A stretch of DNA of 64,000 nt, taken from the sequence record NC_048048.2. The stretch is one strand, 5' to 3'. The notes beneath the pieces were generated by a model. That model did not search any database and was not told the origin of the DNA. It saw nothing but the letters and a program-made list of their open reading frames with translations. Shown piece by piece: positions 62,974-64,000 of this stretch; the stretch's first letter is position 1, and each line of letters starts with the position of its first letter. The translations under genes and the position numbers were made by a program.

Positions 62974-63271
62974 GCTGGTGGGCCTTCCAACGCGCGTCGA
63001 GGTCTTCCTTGGTCACGAAGGTGCGCGAGGCCTCTTCGCCGCCATAGGGACGCTCGCAGATGAACACCGTCCCCGGCGTCGCCAGCGCAATTTCGGCGCC
63101 TTTGCTGCCTCCCGCCTCCGAGCCGTACTGGCTCATGTGGTAGGCGGAGACCTCGAAGGCTTCGGCGGCCTTGGCCTTAGAGGTGGTGGCCACATAGGCG
63201 TCGCCCTGGCGAGAATTACCGGGGATCGCCGGGTGATAGAAGACGATGCTGAAGACTTTGAGCTTGGCCAT
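62966..63271 (-). CDS. hypothetical protein
   Basis: TGATG coupling. Confidence 0.55.
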   Translation of the reverse strand: MAKLKVFSIVFYHPAIPGNSRQGDAYVATTSKAKAAEAFEVSAYHMSQYGSEAGGSKGAEIALATPGTVFICERPYGGEEASRTFVTKEDLDARWKAHQRG

Positions 63272-63552
63272 CAGTCGATCACCGCGATGAAGTCGCTTCG
63301 ACGCCGCTTCCAGATGGCCGGACGCCCCGAGGCTTCCAGTTCGGCAGCCACCTCGGCGGTCACCGGCAGGTAGCCGATCTTGTCGTAGGTGGTGTATTCG
63401 AGGGGCGTCGGGCCAGTCTGCGAGGCAGCGTAGTCTTTCAGCCACGCTTCGGCCGTCGCTTCGGTCCGGGTCAGCATGAAGCCGTCGGGGCGCTGGCCCC
63501 AGCCGCTTTCATGTTCGGTCCCAACGAGAACGAAGAGGAAGGTGTGGGTCAT
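63271..63552 (-). CDS. hypothetical protein
   Basis: EHESGWGQRPDG motif; AGGAG SD. Confidence 0.6.
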   Translation of the reverse strand: MTHTFLFVLVGTEHESGWGQRPDGFMLTRTEATAEAWLKDYAASQTGPTPLEYTTYDKIGYLPVTAEVAAELEASGRPAIWKRRRSDFIAVID

Positions 63553-63621
63553 CGGTCTCTTTCTCCTGGTTGTGACACCATCTAGGCGCACGCCAGGAAC
63601 GATGTCAACCGTTTTCTCGCA

Positions 63622-63918
63622 CTAGGGACGGAACTCGATCTCGTCCCAGTGCTCGTGGATGTAGGCGGCCAGTTCCCGCCCCAGGGGCGTGATCACGTGC
63701 CAGCGCTTACCTTCGACCGCTTCGGCCACGCCCAGCGCCTTGAGGTGATTTTCAACACCGATCGCGGCGAGCGTGGTCCACTTGCCGCAGCCCGTGAAGA
63801 TGCGAGTATCACCCCACGGGCAGTCAGGATTAAGCACGCCAGGGTGGGTAATGAAACGCCGCAGATTGATGGCGCCGTTGAGCGTCAGGCGCGCGGCCAG
63901 GGCGGCAAGGTCAGCCAT
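63622..63918 (-). CDS. hypothetical protein
   Basis: Codon-biased ORF. Confidence 0.5.
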   Translation of the reverse strand: MADLAALAARLTLNGAINLRRFITHPGVLNPDCPWGDTRIFTGCGKWTTLAAIGVENHLKALGVAEAVEGKRWHVITPLGRELAAYIHEHWDEIEFRP

Positions 63919-64000
63919 CTTCGCGCACTCGCCGTTCGATGTAGGCGCGCATCGCCTCTGAAGAGGCATAGCGCCACGTCCAGGGGGCCTTGTCAGGATC

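Overview
A 64-kb, GC-rich segment of a large dsDNA bacteriophage of Alphaproteobacteria, most similar in gene content to phiCbK-like Caulobacter phages. That assignment is inferred from the two-piece tmRNA with an ANDN...LAA tag, TTAACCAT CtrA-type boxes and a host-like XRE regulator. Layout: (1) end of the lysis cassette (overlapping Rz/Rz1 spanins); (2) a mostly rightward replication and nucleotide-metabolism module at 2-40 kb: two DNA methyltransferases, T5 A1-like protein, T7-like DNA polymerase, DnaQ, Cas4-like exonuclease, SSB-like protein, Dda/RecD-like helicase, dNMP kinase, ThyX, intein-containing NrdA, NrdB-glutaredoxin fusion, dUTPase, SNF2 helicase, tyrosine recombinase, primase-helicase, two RNA ligases, Pnkp and DNA ligase; (3) an RNA island at 23.9-27.3 kb with a circularly permuted tmRNA, three tRNAs and about five further structured, apparently non-coding segments; (4) a leftward early/accessory region at 40.3-64 kb with repeated sigma70-type promoters, a stand-alone GlyRS-like catalytic domain, a NAMPT plus NMNAT-Nudix NAD-recycling pair, a telA-vWA-terC-terD cluster and many small hypothetical genes. 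The most notable unexplained signals are a 215-bp YAAG array upstream of ssb, a second protein encoded in the +1 frame inside the cytosine methyltransferase, the unassigned ncRNAs, and a mini-GlyRS alongside an identity-anomalous tRNA(CAU). No database searches or folding programs were run; hand-derived coordinates may be off by a few bases.
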